Below are positions 1 to 9,176 of a stretch of DNA of 30,414 nucleotides, one piece after another. A model generated the notes under the pieces. The model had not been told where the DNA came from and ran no database searches. It worked only from the letters and a program-made list of their open reading frames with translations. How positions within the stretch are numbered: the stretch's first letter is position 1; every line of letters starts with the position of its first letter. Source of the DNA: a virus (taxonomy: Duplodnaviria; Caudoviricetes); the IMG/VR virus record IMGVR_UViG_3300012665_001404, positions 1-30,414 of that record; one strand, written 5' to 3'. Made by a program: the position numbers and the translations under genes.

Positions 1-128
1 TCGGATAACGGCCTTGAAAAATAGGCGAAATGTTTCTTTCCTGCTCCCACAACGAAAAGGAATATAGAAATGATATTTAAGTATTAAAATACTAATAAAC
101 AAAGAATTAATCGGTGGGCTTTTATTAG

Positions 129-136
129 TAAATTTG
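129..136 (+). promoter_or_regulatory. Bacteroidota-type -7 promoter element (TAAATTTG)
   Basis: Exact TAnnTTTG match 5 nt before the ATG at 142; the same octamer precedes the portal and scaffold genes. Confidence 0.5.
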
Positions 137-141
137 TTGTA

Positions 142-558
142 ATGAAAAAATCATTCATCGCAACCCTAATTACCGTAATGTGCATTGCGATAATTTCCTG
201 TGGGACTCCGAAAAAGAAATACGATCGCCTGATACGCAAATATCCGTATTTAATCGAAACTGATACGGTAATCGTAAAGGATACCATAATCAAAGAAACC
301 AAGGTGCCGGTTCCTGAATACAAGGATTCGTTTATAATCTCACACGATACCATCATTGAGACCGAAAAACTCATCATCGAGAGGCGAGGTGATTTCTTTG
401 GTGTGACGATTAAACCAGATACAATTACATTCCGGGATACTATTCCTTATGAAGTAAAAGTAGCGGGCAAAGTACATACAAAAAAAGTTTTTATTTGGTG
501 GTATCTCCCTGTGGCCTTCCTTATTGGAATGGTTATTGCACATAGATTTCGACCTTGA
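142..558 (+). CDS. Lipoprotein with C-terminal TM helix, candidate unimolecular spanin
   Basis: Signal peptide with lipobox-like IIS-C20, beta-rich DT(V/I)I repeats, C-terminal hydrophobic WWYLPVAFLIGMVIA. Confidence 0.55.
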   Translation: MKKSFIATLITVMCIAIISCGTPKKKYDRLIRKYPYLIETDTVIVKDTIIKETKVPVPEYKDSFIISHDTIIETEKLIIERRGDFFGVTIKPDTITFRDTIPYEVKVAGKVHTKKVFIWWYLPVAFLIGMVIAHRFRP

Positions 559-998
559 GATTTAATCAAAAATCATTCGATGACAACGATGCCATAGGTA
601 AGGAATTGCTTATGGCTTTTTTGCGTTTAAAGGGTCACAATATTTCGGAGAATTGTGACAAATATGCAGTAGATCTTGTCTCCGATAAAAATGGCAAAGG
701 GTACTATTGGGAGGTCGAAATGAAATCCAAAAGACCGTGGACCAATAGAGAAGACTTTCCTTTTCCATCCGTTTCATTCTTGAGCCGCAAGGAGAAGTGG
801 AAAGAGCAACACTTCTGGTATGTCATCATCTGCAAGGAAACAAAGGCTGCGATATTCTGTAACTCAGATATTATATTTAACGAAAATTATAAACAAAAAT
901 TATATATTAAAACAAACGATCGTACAGGTTTAGATAATTTTTATCGAGTGCCAAAAGAATTATGTATATTTGTGCCACCAGAGGAATTCATAGTATGA
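555..998 (+). CDS. Putative PD-(D/E)xK-fold nuclease-like protein
   Basis: 147 aa; YAVDL...WEVEMK pattern; TTG start overlaps the upstream stop. Confidence 0.45.
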   Translation: MRFNQKSFDDNDAIGKELLMAFLRLKGHNISENCDKYAVDLVSDKNGKGYYWEVEMKSKRPWTNREDFPFPSVSFLSRKEKWKEQHFWYVIICKETKAAIFCNSDIIFNENYKQKLYIKTNDRTGLDNFYRVPKELCIFVPPEEFIV

Positions 999-1291
999 AA
1001 GACAATGTAAACCCTTCACATTACAAGCAAGGCAAAGTCGAGTGCATAGATGCCATCGAAGCAGCCACCGTCAATAAAAAGGGCTTAGATGCCGTGTGTA
1101 CCGCCAATGTAATTAAATATATTTGGAGAGCCGAATCAAAAGGTGGTATTGAAGATTTGAAGAAAGCCCAGTGGTATTTGAACAAGATGATAGCTCAGTA
1201 TGTTCAAGAAGTACCAAAGGAATTTGTACATCCCAATGCCGCTCAGGAATACAAAGACGATCAAGTATCGTCATCATTTAGCAAGTTGTGA
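995..1291 (+). CDS. DUF3310 family protein (T7 gp1.7-related nucleotide kinase-like)
   Basis: DNVNPSHY...ECIDAI...NVIKYIWR...KGGIEDLKKAQWYL signature; start taken at ATG 995, which overlaps the upstream stop. Confidence 0.8.
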   Translation: MKDNVNPSHYKQGKVECIDAIEAATVNKKGLDAVCTANVIKYIWRAESKGGIEDLKKAQWYLNKMIAQYVQEVPKEFVHPNAAQEYKDDQVSSSFSKL

Positions 1292-1662
1292 AAATATATT
1301 GGACATATAGCCGTAAAGATTTAAGGCCCTGCGACATAGCCAAGCACGAGCAGGGGAAGGTTAGATTGTCCAATGATAAATATCATGTTGGTGGGCTCAA
1401 CAGAATGACCCCTTTGTTTACACATTGCATATGTCCACAGGGCAATCTTTATGCGTTGAACTATTGTCCCGGAAATGAAATCCATTTAGCGGTAATCGGT
1501 GGTTTGAATAACGATAACAACTATATGAATACAGCCACGAGTCAACAATTGCTGACTTTAGGTAATGTATGTAGATTTTATCTATCTTTGGGGGAAGTAA
1601 TAGAAGAGGGGGACTTTTCAAACTTTGATTTAAAATTATGGCTAAAGGCAATAAACAAATAA
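1288..1662 (+). CDS. Hypothetical protein, degenerate T7-lysozyme/amidase-like
   Basis: HCICPQG...IHLAVIGG...ATSQQLLTL resembles the Amidase_2 pattern; GTG start coupled to the upstream stop. Confidence 0.4.
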   Translation: MKIYWTYSRKDLRPCDIAKHEQGKVRLSNDKYHVGGLNRMTPLFTHCICPQGNLYALNYCPGNEIHLAVIGGLNNDNNYMNTATSQQLLTLGNVCRFYLSLGEVIEEGDFSNFDLKLWLKAINK

Positions 1663-1826
1663 TTGAGAAAGAAGTCGTTGAACTTCAGAAGTTAATTTCT
1701 TGGTGTGACTACTATACAGCAGTAGGCAACCCAATCGAAGCAAACAAAGCACAAAAAGAAATTGAAGACCAAAAACGTAAAATCGCAGAGCTTAGAGAAT
1801 CTCTCGGAATACCTAAGGGAAAATAA
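1638..1826 (+). CDS. Small coiled-coil hypothetical protein
   Basis: 62 aa ORF, charged helical composition, in operon. Confidence 0.55.
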   Translation: MAKGNKQIIEKEVVELQKLISWCDYYTAVGNPIEANKAQKEIEDQKRKIAELRESLGIPKGK

Positions 1827-2109
1827 TATCTCAGAAACTGAGGCAATAGAAAGACTACAGGTTCAATCGTTTGATCCTGCTAAAGACTTTTATTCAACTT
1901 TGGTTTCTGCATCCAAGCAATTGATGCAAAAGGTAAGAGATGAGATGCTCGACTTGGACGATCCTTATCAGAAGGGTTTGTTCCAACTACTCCAAGCAGG
2001 AGATAAAATCAACAAGAGTTTGAAACTTGCGAAACTAGAAGCCTATCCCGAACAAGATGTCGTAGAAGAGGAGGGTGGTTTTCTTGATCGTATATCACAA
2101 AGAAGATGA
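1762..2109 (+). CDS. Hypothetical protein, candidate terminase small subunit
   Basis: Helical 115 aa ORF with ATGA overlap to TerL; start uncertain; function from position only. Confidence 0.45.
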   Translation: MKTKNVKSQSLENLSEYLRENNISETEAIERLQVQSFDPAKDFYSTLVSASKQLMQKVRDEMLDLDDPYQKGLFQLLQAGDKINKSLKLAKLEAYPEQDVVEEEGGFLDRISQRR

Positions 2110-3917
2110 AGGCAAGCAAATTTGAATATGACAAATGGTATCCCAAATATGGCCTGAACCCCAATGCAACACCAAAAGAGAAAGAACTTTGGTGGGGTAA
2201 GGAGAAGGAATATTGGGTCGAAGGTCGTTTCGATTTGGTTGGGGCTCACTACTATGCCTTAACACAAAGTTTCGTAAAAGACGCCAGAGGTTACAAAAAA
2301 AGACCGATTTGGCGAGATATAGATGACTTAATCTATAACGGATACCTAGAGGCAAGAAGGACCAATCACGATTTGTTTATCACAAAAAGGCGTGAGGTCG
2401 GTCTGTCGTTTATCTTCGGGGGAATTATTCCGATGTGGATAGCAATGACCAATCCAGGATCAACTTCGCTTATTACATCGGCAGATAAGAAACGTCTTGA
2501 GGCTTTGTTCAAAGACAAATTGCGTGTGGTGTACGATGAGTTTGATGAGTATGCCAAACCCGGCATTGTATCTACACGACAGGAAGGTTACCTACACTTG
2601 GGTCGCAGGGATAACAAAACAGGTAAGGTGACAGGTTTGGATTCTCAAATCATCACCAAGGAGACCGTTGATACACCCACAGCATTCGAGGCGTATCGTG
2701 CAATGCACATTTTTATTGACGAGTGTATGCTTCACCCCAAGGCTGATAAGGTTTACAAATCAGCACAGGCGAGTACCAAATCAGGCTTCGTAAAGGTAGC
2801 CCCTATTGTCATTGGAGGAAGTGCCGGGGAAGCCACATCAATTGGCCAGAAATTAGCCAAAACTTTGTGGGAAAATGCCGATGCATTGAAGATTCTTACC
2901 CTCTTTCTCCCTGGTAATCAAGGGATTATGGAGGCTCCCGAATTAGACATAAATGGTAAGGAAACTGGCAAAATTCTAAACTTTTGTCCCAACGGTCACA
3001 GCGATGAGAAGGCTGCGACAGATTGGATTATGCAAACCAGGGACATACTTGATAAGTTGGAGGACAAGTCCTACCTAAACTCATTCATCAAGCAGTACCC
3101 ATTGGAAATCAATGAGGTGTTTTCTGTTAGCGGACACGGTGCATTCCCTAAGCACATTATGACCAAGTTGGACAACCAAGAAAGAATTATCTTGAGTTCA
3201 CGCCCTCCTATTGATCGTTCGGAATTGCATTGTAATTACGATGGTGTAATCAGCAAGCGTCCAAATATCAGTAGTTTTATGCACTTCTTAGAAGAACCAC
3301 AAGAGGGGCATACCTACATAGGTGGTATTGACCCCATTCCTTTCAACTCAAAGAATATGGGAGATGGTTCTAAGCAGGCTTTGGTAATCAAAGATATCGA
3401 TACCAATCGTTATGTTGCTCACTATGCGGAAAGGGACTCAGATCCTGATGTTATTGTGAACAATATGATGCTTATGCAACAATACTACAACAACGCCATA
3501 GCAATGATTGAGATTAACCGTGGTGGTGTTGTGAAGCAAAAGTATAAGGACGCAGGTAAACTACATCTCCTAGCAAAGAAACCTATCTTTCTTGGTAAGG
3601 GATTCTTCAAGGACGATGACTCTGTTGGATACTATAAGAACGACACTACGGCAGAACGAGGCAATACTTACATAATTGATTACCTGAATGCTCATTGTGA
3701 CGATATCTGGTTTATTGATATGATAACGGATTTAAAAAACTATCTAATAGACAACACGGATTTGGCAGATGCTATGGTGGCCTGTGAAATTATGCATAAG
3801 AACATAATCAAGAAGTCAAAGCAGCAGGAACCGCAAAAGACTTTGGCCAAGGAGATACCAATTTTGAAATTTGTAAACGGTAGGTATGTGCGTGAATGGG
3901 TAAAGGTTAGGGTATAG
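2106..3917 (+). CDS. terL: Terminase large subunit
   Basis: Walker A KRREVGLS, Walker B IFIDE, nuclease acidic motifs GGIDPI and DLADA; 603 aa. Confidence 0.9.
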   Translation: MKASKFEYDKWYPKYGLNPNATPKEKELWWGKEKEYWVEGRFDLVGAHYYALTQSFVKDARGYKKRPIWRDIDDLIYNGYLEARRTNHDLFITKRREVGLSFIFGGIIPMWIAMTNPGSTSLITSADKKRLEALFKDKLRVVYDEFDEYAKPGIVSTRQEGYLHLGRRDNKTGKVTGLDSQIITKETVDTPTAFEAYRAMHIFIDECMLHPKADKVYKSAQASTKSGFVKVAPIVIGGSAGEATSIGQKLAKTLWENADALKILTLFLPGNQGIMEAPELDINGKETGKILNFCPNGHSDEKAATDWIMQTRDILDKLEDKSYLNSFIKQYPLEINEVFSVSGHGAFPKHIMTKLDNQERIILSSRPPIDRSELHCNYDGVISKRPNISSFMHFLEEPQEGHTYIGGIDPIPFNSKNMGDGSKQALVIKDIDTNRYVAHYAERDSDPDVIVNNMMLMQQYYNNAIAMIEINRGGVVKQKYKDAGKLHLLAKKPIFLGKGFFKDDDSVGYYKNDTTAERGNTYIIDYLNAHCDDIWFIDMITDLKNYLIDNTDLADAMVACEIMHKNIIKKSKQQEPQKTLAKEIPILKFVNGRYVREWVKVRV

Positions 3918-4209
3918 GATAGTTTATTTTGATTCGTTCTAAATAAGCAGAAATTATATCTATCGTATCCTCGCTCAATTCTCTATTCTCTATCTTCATA
4001 GGAACTTTTACCTTTCTCTTCCTGTATTGTATTATCAAGAAACCATTTTTAGGATTGGTTGTAAACTTAGATTTGAGCGTGGGGACTACTACATCCGCAC
4101 GCTCATTAATCTTTGGGCCAAAAATTAGTTTTCTATAAGGCAAGTGATCGCTTATGGCCAGCAATATCACCCTTAAGTCTATCCCATAGTGAGGGATATT
4201 GATTCTCAT
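3907..4209 (-). CDS. Hypothetical protein
   Basis: Start taken at ATG 4209 (ATGA overlap with the PolB stop); convergent 11-nt overlap with terL. Confidence 0.55.
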   Translation of the reverse strand: MRINIPHYGIDLRVILLAISDHLPYRKLIFGPKINERADVVVPTLKSKFTTNPKNGFLIIQYRKRKVKVPMKIENRELSEDTIDIISAYLERIKINYPIP

Positions 4210-6140
4210 AATAGAGTCAGCTGTTTCGGCTGAATCAATTCTATTAGTTTCCTGCATTCGTTTTCAAAAAATCCGTAGTTCAGATTGCTCTTATCAAATT
4301 CATCCTTGCGATTGAATGGGTAGGTCTGATATCCTTCGCACAAATGGTGCTCACGACCGTCCTTGTTAATCTTCAAAGAAACACCGCCTCTATGTACCGG
4401 CAGAAAACGATATATTTTGCCGAAATCCAGTCTTCTTTCTTGGTTACCATCAAGATAAACAAACTCAACGTGCCATCCCTTGGTAGCCTTGTAGCGACCG
4501 CAGAAGTCTAAGATGTTGTCGTGCTTGCGTAGGGTCTCAGCAATCGGAGTCCCATTTACAAAATACTCACGAACAGCCAAAGGTACAACCATATAGGAGT
4601 TATCCTTATGCCAATCCTTTTTAGTTTCAAATGCACCCTTCTCCTTGATTTTGCCATCCTCACGCACAGCGATGTAATTGTTTACATCTCGGATAATCAT
4701 TGAAGAATAATCTGCATACTCCAAGGTCAACTTGGTCTCTTGCTCCCACTTTTCACAAATGGCTATAATTTGCGCCTGATTTTTGCGTGGTACGCTTACC
4801 GTTACTCCATCCGTGTTCACCTGAAGCAACTCGGCACCAGAGGCAACCAATCGCTCAACCAACATCGAGATAAACAATTGACCATTGACCGTGATGGCAT
4901 AGAATACAAACGGATCGTAGAAGCAAGACACATCTGATCCTGTCTTACCAAACATACCATTCAATGCCAACTTCAATGCATCGCTAGTCAATTGGTCCTT
5001 CTCACTTTGTGCCTTGACCCTTTCTTGGAAAATATCAGAGTACACCTTGACGAACACATCTTGTCTCATCTGACGAGGGTGTAACTTATTCTGAATGAAA
5101 AGGTTTGGGTAGTACGACTTAACATCGATGTCAAGTATGTTGTATGTTTTGCTAGACTTGTAGACTCCTGGAGGAACACAGCCGTGAATACCACCAACAC
5201 CATAATCCAATCGCATACCACCAAATCTCACGGAGAAACTGAAACTCTTTTTCTGCTGAGCAATTCTTTGAACCCTGATGTTGTTGTCTTCAAATTTCTC
5301 CAATAGTTCGTTGGTAGTTCTACGAGTATCCAACTGCTCAACAAACTTCTTCAGGAAGGAAGATGAAGATGTGGTCTCATTCATCAGGGCCAAAAGTTTA
5401 TTGAACTGTGGCGTTTCAAATTTCACATTGGGTAAAATGATTTTCTTCAGGGGTACATCTGCTCGCTTACCCCGAATCTCAGTCAATTGGCGAATGGGTA
5501 TCTGCATTGCCTGAGAAAGGTATTTCAAAAAGATTGACTCACCAATAACCACATCACTCTTGTTCAACACTTTAAGGTTGTACTTCTTACCGATTTTCTT
5601 ACGAAGTTCAACTTTATCGTGGCATAGGTCATAGAAGTACGCTGTGAATTCCACATCGTTTATGTTGTAGTTGAGGACCTTCTCCAAATTAACCTTATCA
5701 ATCAATGTGGTGTGATCAAACGGCATATCCATTACGTTATCCCACCCACAAGAAACCTGCAAGGCTTTCAAAGAGGTCGAACGAGACTTGTTGTCGTAGT
5801 GGTTCAGCAGATACAAATCCAACTGAGAAATTTCTTGTGGTGTGTAGGATCGCTTTTCCTGAGAAACAATCTCTTGAGCCAAGGCATAAATCTGCTGTGC
5901 TGTCTGAATTTCATCTTTCATTATAGCACGAACGATTGGCCAGTCAAAATGGATGTTATTGAAGCCAATCATCCCGGCTTTCTTCTCTTCCAAATCCTTT
6001 AGGTAAGTTTGGAATGCAACCAAATCTGAGCCCAAATCTTGGTCTCCGATAACAAACACATCAAATTCTTTGGTCTGATGGTTAAGTCCTGTGTAGGTAA
6101 AGCAATTCTTAAATGTCTCGATGTCGTATACGATTATCAT
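4206..6140 (-). CDS. DNA polymerase family B with 3'-5' exonuclease
   Basis: ExoI YDIE, ExoII GFNNIHFD, ExoIII YNIND; polymerase motifs DVKSYYPN, KLALNGMFG, NTDG. Confidence 0.92.
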   Translation of the reverse strand: MIIVYDIETFKNCFTYTGLNHQTKEFDVFVIGDQDLGSDLVAFQTYLKDLEEKKAGMIGFNNIHFDWPIVRAIMKDEIQTAQQIYALAQEIVSQEKRSYTPQEISQLDLYLLNHYDNKSRSTSLKALQVSCGWDNVMDMPFDHTTLIDKVNLEKVLNYNINDVEFTAYFYDLCHDKVELRKKIGKKYNLKVLNKSDVVIGESIFLKYLSQAMQIPIRQLTEIRGKRADVPLKKIILPNVKFETPQFNKLLALMNETTSSSSFLKKFVEQLDTRRTTNELLEKFEDNNIRVQRIAQQKKSFSFSVRFGGMRLDYGVGGIHGCVPPGVYKSSKTYNILDIDVKSYYPNLFIQNKLHPRQMRQDVFVKVYSDIFQERVKAQSEKDQLTSDALKLALNGMFGKTGSDVSCFYDPFVFYAITVNGQLFISMLVERLVASGAELLQVNTDGVTVSVPRKNQAQIIAICEKWEQETKLTLEYADYSSMIIRDVNNYIAVREDGKIKEKGAFETKKDWHKDNSYMVVPLAVREYFVNGTPIAETLRKHDNILDFCGRYKATKGWHVEFVYLDGNQERRLDFGKIYRFLPVHRGGVSLKINKDGREHHLCEGYQTYPFNRKDEFDKSNLNYGFFENECRKLIELIQPKQLTLL

Positions 6141-6378
6141 ACAATTTATAAGTTAAGTCTATAATTAAATTTTCTTTGTCTTCTCTAATAACCCTGAGGA
6201 AATAAAAGTTTTTTATCTTTTCCCAACCCTCTGATACAATAGGAATTTTTTGCCCTTTGTAATCAAATTGCTGGTACTTAAGTGTTTTAAAAATTTGTGG
6301 GTTCAGGTTGAATTCCAAAACCTTTTCCCCACGCATTTGGTGAGCTGAACAAATCTTGTTCATCAAGTTCAATATCAT
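6109..6378 (-). CDS. Hypothetical protein overlapping primase-helicase and PolB
   Basis: 89 aa ORF filling the gap between the two genes; overlaps them by 92 and 32 nt; start uncertain. Confidence 0.4.
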   Translation of the reverse strand: MILNLMNKICSAHQMRGEKVLEFNLNPQIFKTLKYQQFDYKGQKIPIVSEGWEKIKNFYFLRVIREDKENLIIDLTYKLYDNRIRHRDI

Positions 6379-8026
6379 TTTTTATCTGTAATAAATTTTT
6401 GAAAAAACCATCTTCTGAGTACTGACCAGAGTCACGGTCAAACTCGTATTCTATTCTACCTAACTTACCTCTGAAGTGCCACTTAATTTTTTGAATGTGA
6501 ACTTCAACTGGATCTTTCTGCCCATTTTGGAACGAGCGATGTACCGCCAAGCCCCAATCAGGCACGTTAAAGAAATGATGAGAGCCAGATATATCGTACA
6601 AACGAGGCACGTTATACCCAGCGGATGTCTTGTCCATCTTTCGAGGATGTGCAACCAATACGACCAATACATTGTTTTTTACTGCGAATTTTTTAAGGGT
6701 CCTGAGCAAACCGCCAATTCTTTCATTGGAGCTTTCTTCATTGCTATCTTGTTCAATATAGTTAAATGGATCAAGGCACAAGCAATCAATACCGTGTCGT
6801 TTCACAAGCATTTCCGCTAGGCGTAAGAGATTTGTTAACTTGTAGTCCTCCAAGGTTTCAACATTGTAGAACCAAAAGTGTTTCTCCAAAACTTTCACGG
6901 AGTGTTCTATCTCTATCGAATTCATTTGAGCCAAGCCTTTACCAAGTAATTGCTCGGTCATACGAGTAATCTTTAGTGGGGCGATATTCTCCGGTGAGAA
7001 TACACCAAACTTCCAATTCTTCAAAAACGCTAAACGAACAAAGATATAGTCAAGCCAAGTACTTTTACCTGATCCTGGTATACCTGTAACAACACCCAAT
7101 TCACCACGATTCCAACTGATATGCTCATCGGTATCAGGCATACCTACCAAAGAGCCAACAGGGTAACCATCCTTGTGATAGGATTGAATGGTAGAGAGAT
7201 AGTCAGCAGGCGAGGATATCTCGGCAACCGGCAATGCTTTGGCCTCTTCGAATAGTCGAGTGATAAAGTCTTGTCCATAACGCTTCAGACAATCGTTCGC
7301 ATCTTTCTCGTTCTCAGGGAACTCAATTATGCGAATGTCATGCCCACCAAATCTGCGAGCAATATCTTCTTGCAACTTCCTCCCTGGCTCATCATTGTCC
7401 GTAGCGAGGTAGATTACTTTATCTGCAAACAAGTCATAAGTAGCATCCAGCCAATCGAGGTTATTATTGTTACGAGAAGCACCGTTAGGTACAGAAATTG
7501 CTCGGAGGTCAGATTGGTGCCACACCATCGTCTCTTCTTCACCTTCGCAAACAATAACATAACTGCTATTTTTGATAGCATCAATGTTGTACGGAATTTT
7601 TCGAGCATCTTTGACCATCTTGAACTTCTTGTCAGAGGTCTTAAATTTGATATTAATGAGTTCTCCATCTAAGTGATAATTAAAGCATATGACACGGTGT
7701 TCCTTTTGATCCTGAGGCATCCATTCTCTACCCTCGGTGACACCAAAACTATCTATTGTAGATTGTGCAATCTTTCTTTTCTCAAAGTATTCGTATATAC
7801 CCGGTGTTTCAATGGGCTTCCTTGGTTCGGGTCTCACATATTGATTGACTGAACCACTCCATCCACAATGATGGCATTTCCATACACCTGTATCGATGTT
7901 AACACCAAGGGATGGGTCGCTCTTTTTCTTTCTACTATGAGCACACTTAGGGCAGATTGTTTTAACCTCACCACTCCATCTATCCCGGAGATCGATACCT
8001 AACTTAACTAGTTTATCTGCGTTCAT
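6287..8026 (-). CDS. Bifunctional DNA primase-helicase (T7 gp4/Twinkle-like)
   Basis: Zn ribbon CPKC...CHHC, TOPRIM CEGE and DND, Walker A GIPGSGKS, LDP, VAHPRK, ISGS. Confidence 0.92.
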   Translation of the reverse strand: MNADKLVKLGIDLRDRWSGEVKTICPKCAHSRKKKSDPSLGVNIDTGVWKCHHCGWSGSVNQYVRPEPRKPIETPGIYEYFEKRKIAQSTIDSFGVTEGREWMPQDQKEHRVICFNYHLDGELINIKFKTSDKKFKMVKDARKIPYNIDAIKNSSYVIVCEGEEETMVWHQSDLRAISVPNGASRNNNNLDWLDATYDLFADKVIYLATDNDEPGRKLQEDIARRFGGHDIRIIEFPENEKDANDCLKRYGQDFITRLFEEAKALPVAEISSPADYLSTIQSYHKDGYPVGSLVGMPDTDEHISWNRGELGVVTGIPGSGKSTWLDYIFVRLAFLKNWKFGVFSPENIAPLKITRMTEQLLGKGLAQMNSIEIEHSVKVLEKHFWFYNVETLEDYKLTNLLRLAEMLVKRHGIDCLCLDPFNYIEQDSNEESSNERIGGLLRTLKKFAVKNNVLVVLVAHPRKMDKTSAGYNVPRLYDISGSHHFFNVPDWGLAVHRSFQNGQKDPVEVHIQKIKWHFRGKLGRIEYEFDRDSGQYSEDGFFKNLLQIKNDIELDEQDLFSSPNAWGKGFGIQPEPTNF

Positions 8027-8351
8027 TGCTCACCTCCTCCGTAGGTTAATGGTACTTCGATTACTTGCACTCCGCAATGGTCTGCGTTATCCCATAAAGT
8101 AGAATCATCACAATTTAGAATCTCTAATAAATGTCTTGCTTCTTCTTCCGTTGTTTCTTTAGTATTGTAGATGATGAGAGTTCTTTTTGTGGTGATTGGT
8201 GCTAAATTCATAATATGTTTCTTAATCATTGATTCATGAAATTTTTCTGGGTAATTTTTAAGGTAATCTCTAATTGCCTCAGCAGTGTTTAGCACTTGTT
8301 CTTCGGTGTATAGTTTCATTGCTCACCTCCTCCGTAGGTTAATGGTACTTC
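8022..8351. repeat. Perfect 37-bp direct repeat (8022-8058 and 8315-8351)
   Basis: TTCATTGCTCACCTCCTCCGTAGGTTAATGGTACTTC in both copies; degenerate similarity continues for ~15 bp. Confidence 0.95.
8023..8319 (-). CDS. Hypothetical protein ending GVQVIEVPLTYGGGEQ
   Basis: 98 aa; ATGA-coupled on both sides. Confidence 0.7.
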   Translation of the reverse strand: MKLYTEEQVLNTAEAIRDYLKNYPEKFHESMIKKHIMNLAPITTKRTLIIYNTKETTEEEARHLLEILNCDDSTLWDNADHCGVQVIEVPLTYGGGEQ

Positions 8352-8603
8352 AATTGGTTGTACACCATCTTTGATTAAGTCTTGGTCTGTTGTTAAGATA
8401 ATTTTTTTAAAATATGAAAAATGATGATTACTTGAAGATAGCAAAGGTTTTGAAAAAAGATACTCTCCGTTTTTAGAATAAATACATTTTACAATTTCTA
8501 ATTCATTAAAAATAACCCAATCTCCCTCTTTAATTTCTTCATCAGAAGTGATGTAGGTGTTTTTTGCAATTTCCACTGCCGTTTGTTGTTTATTGTTGCT
8601 CAT
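8316..8603 (-). CDS. Hypothetical protein ending GVQPIEVPLTYGGGEQ
   Basis: Probable start MSNNKQQTAVE at 8603; shares its C-terminus with the downstream gene. Confidence 0.7.
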   Translation of the reverse strand: MSNNKQQTAVEIAKNTYITSDEEIKEGDWVIFNELEIVKCIYSKNGEYLFSKPLLSSSNHHFSYFKKIILTTDQDLIKDGVQPIEVPLTYGGGEQ

Positions 8604-8862
8604 CTGAGTCCCATTCTCCATTTTGAATTGATTTGATTAAAGATCTGAATGATTCCATCGGATAGAACTTTACTGAGTAATGCAACATAGATCCGTACCA
8701 AACATTTGGATTAGTTTCGCTCGGTGAAAGTTGCAAACCTACATTGTTTATCATCAATGAGAAGTAGTGCCAAACTTTTTTGTCTCCAGTTTCTGCTGTT
8801 GTACAAGTTTGTTTCTTGAAGTTAAATTGTTTCTTCAACCGAATTGCTTCTTTGAGTGTCAT
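8590..8862 (-). CDS. Hypothetical protein
   Basis: Probable start MTLKEAIR at 8862 after an A-rich leader. Confidence 0.55.
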   Translation of the reverse strand: MTLKEAIRLKKQFNFKKQTCTTAETGDKKVWHYFSLMINNVGLQLSPSETNPNVWYGSMLHYSVKFYPMESFRSLIKSIQNGEWDSDEQQ

Positions 8863-9025
8863 ATATTTTTTTGATTTGGGTTTGAATGTTTTCAAAAAAT
8901 TGATTGAAGTCAACGGGTTCATCTGGACAGCACACACTTTGTGCCTTGGGATTATGGTCACAGATTTTAAATGGGATTTCTTTTATCTCAATCATAATTA
9001 CTGGTTTTTTATTTGAGCATTTCAT
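8822..9025 (-). CDS. Hypothetical protein
   Basis: 67 aa; ATGA-coupled to the upstream small ORF. Confidence 0.5.
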   Translation of the reverse strand: MKCSNKKPVIMIEIKEIPFKICDHNPKAQSVCCPDEPVDFNQFFENIQTQIKKIYDTQRSNSVEETI

Positions 9026-9168
9026 TTGGTTAAATTAGGTGAAAGATATTTCTTTTCAATCGTACACAAGGCATCCACCTCTCGAAAACTAGCCATTACG
9101 CCATACAAACATACGAAAATGTAGATAACAAAGAGCGTGGCGAGTATTCTTTTCTTGAAACTTTGCAT
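9022..9168 (-). CDS. Small membrane protein (48 aa, not in the ORF track)
   Basis: MQSFKKRILATLFVIYIFVCLYGVMASF...; fills the gap and is ATGA-coupled to the next gene. Confidence 0.55.
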   Translation of the reverse strand: MQSFKKRILATLFVIYIFVCLYGVMASFREVDALCTIEKKYLSPNLTK

Positions 9169-9176
9169 ACTATATT

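Noticed and set aside
2106-8026. Introns or inteins in terL, polB or primase
   Set aside because: Lengths are ordinary, motifs are contiguous, and no intein or homing-nuclease signatures are seen
8022-8351. Diversity-generating retroelement TR/VR pair
   Set aside because: The core is identical and short, flanking differences are not adenine-specific, and there is no reverse transcriptase in the window
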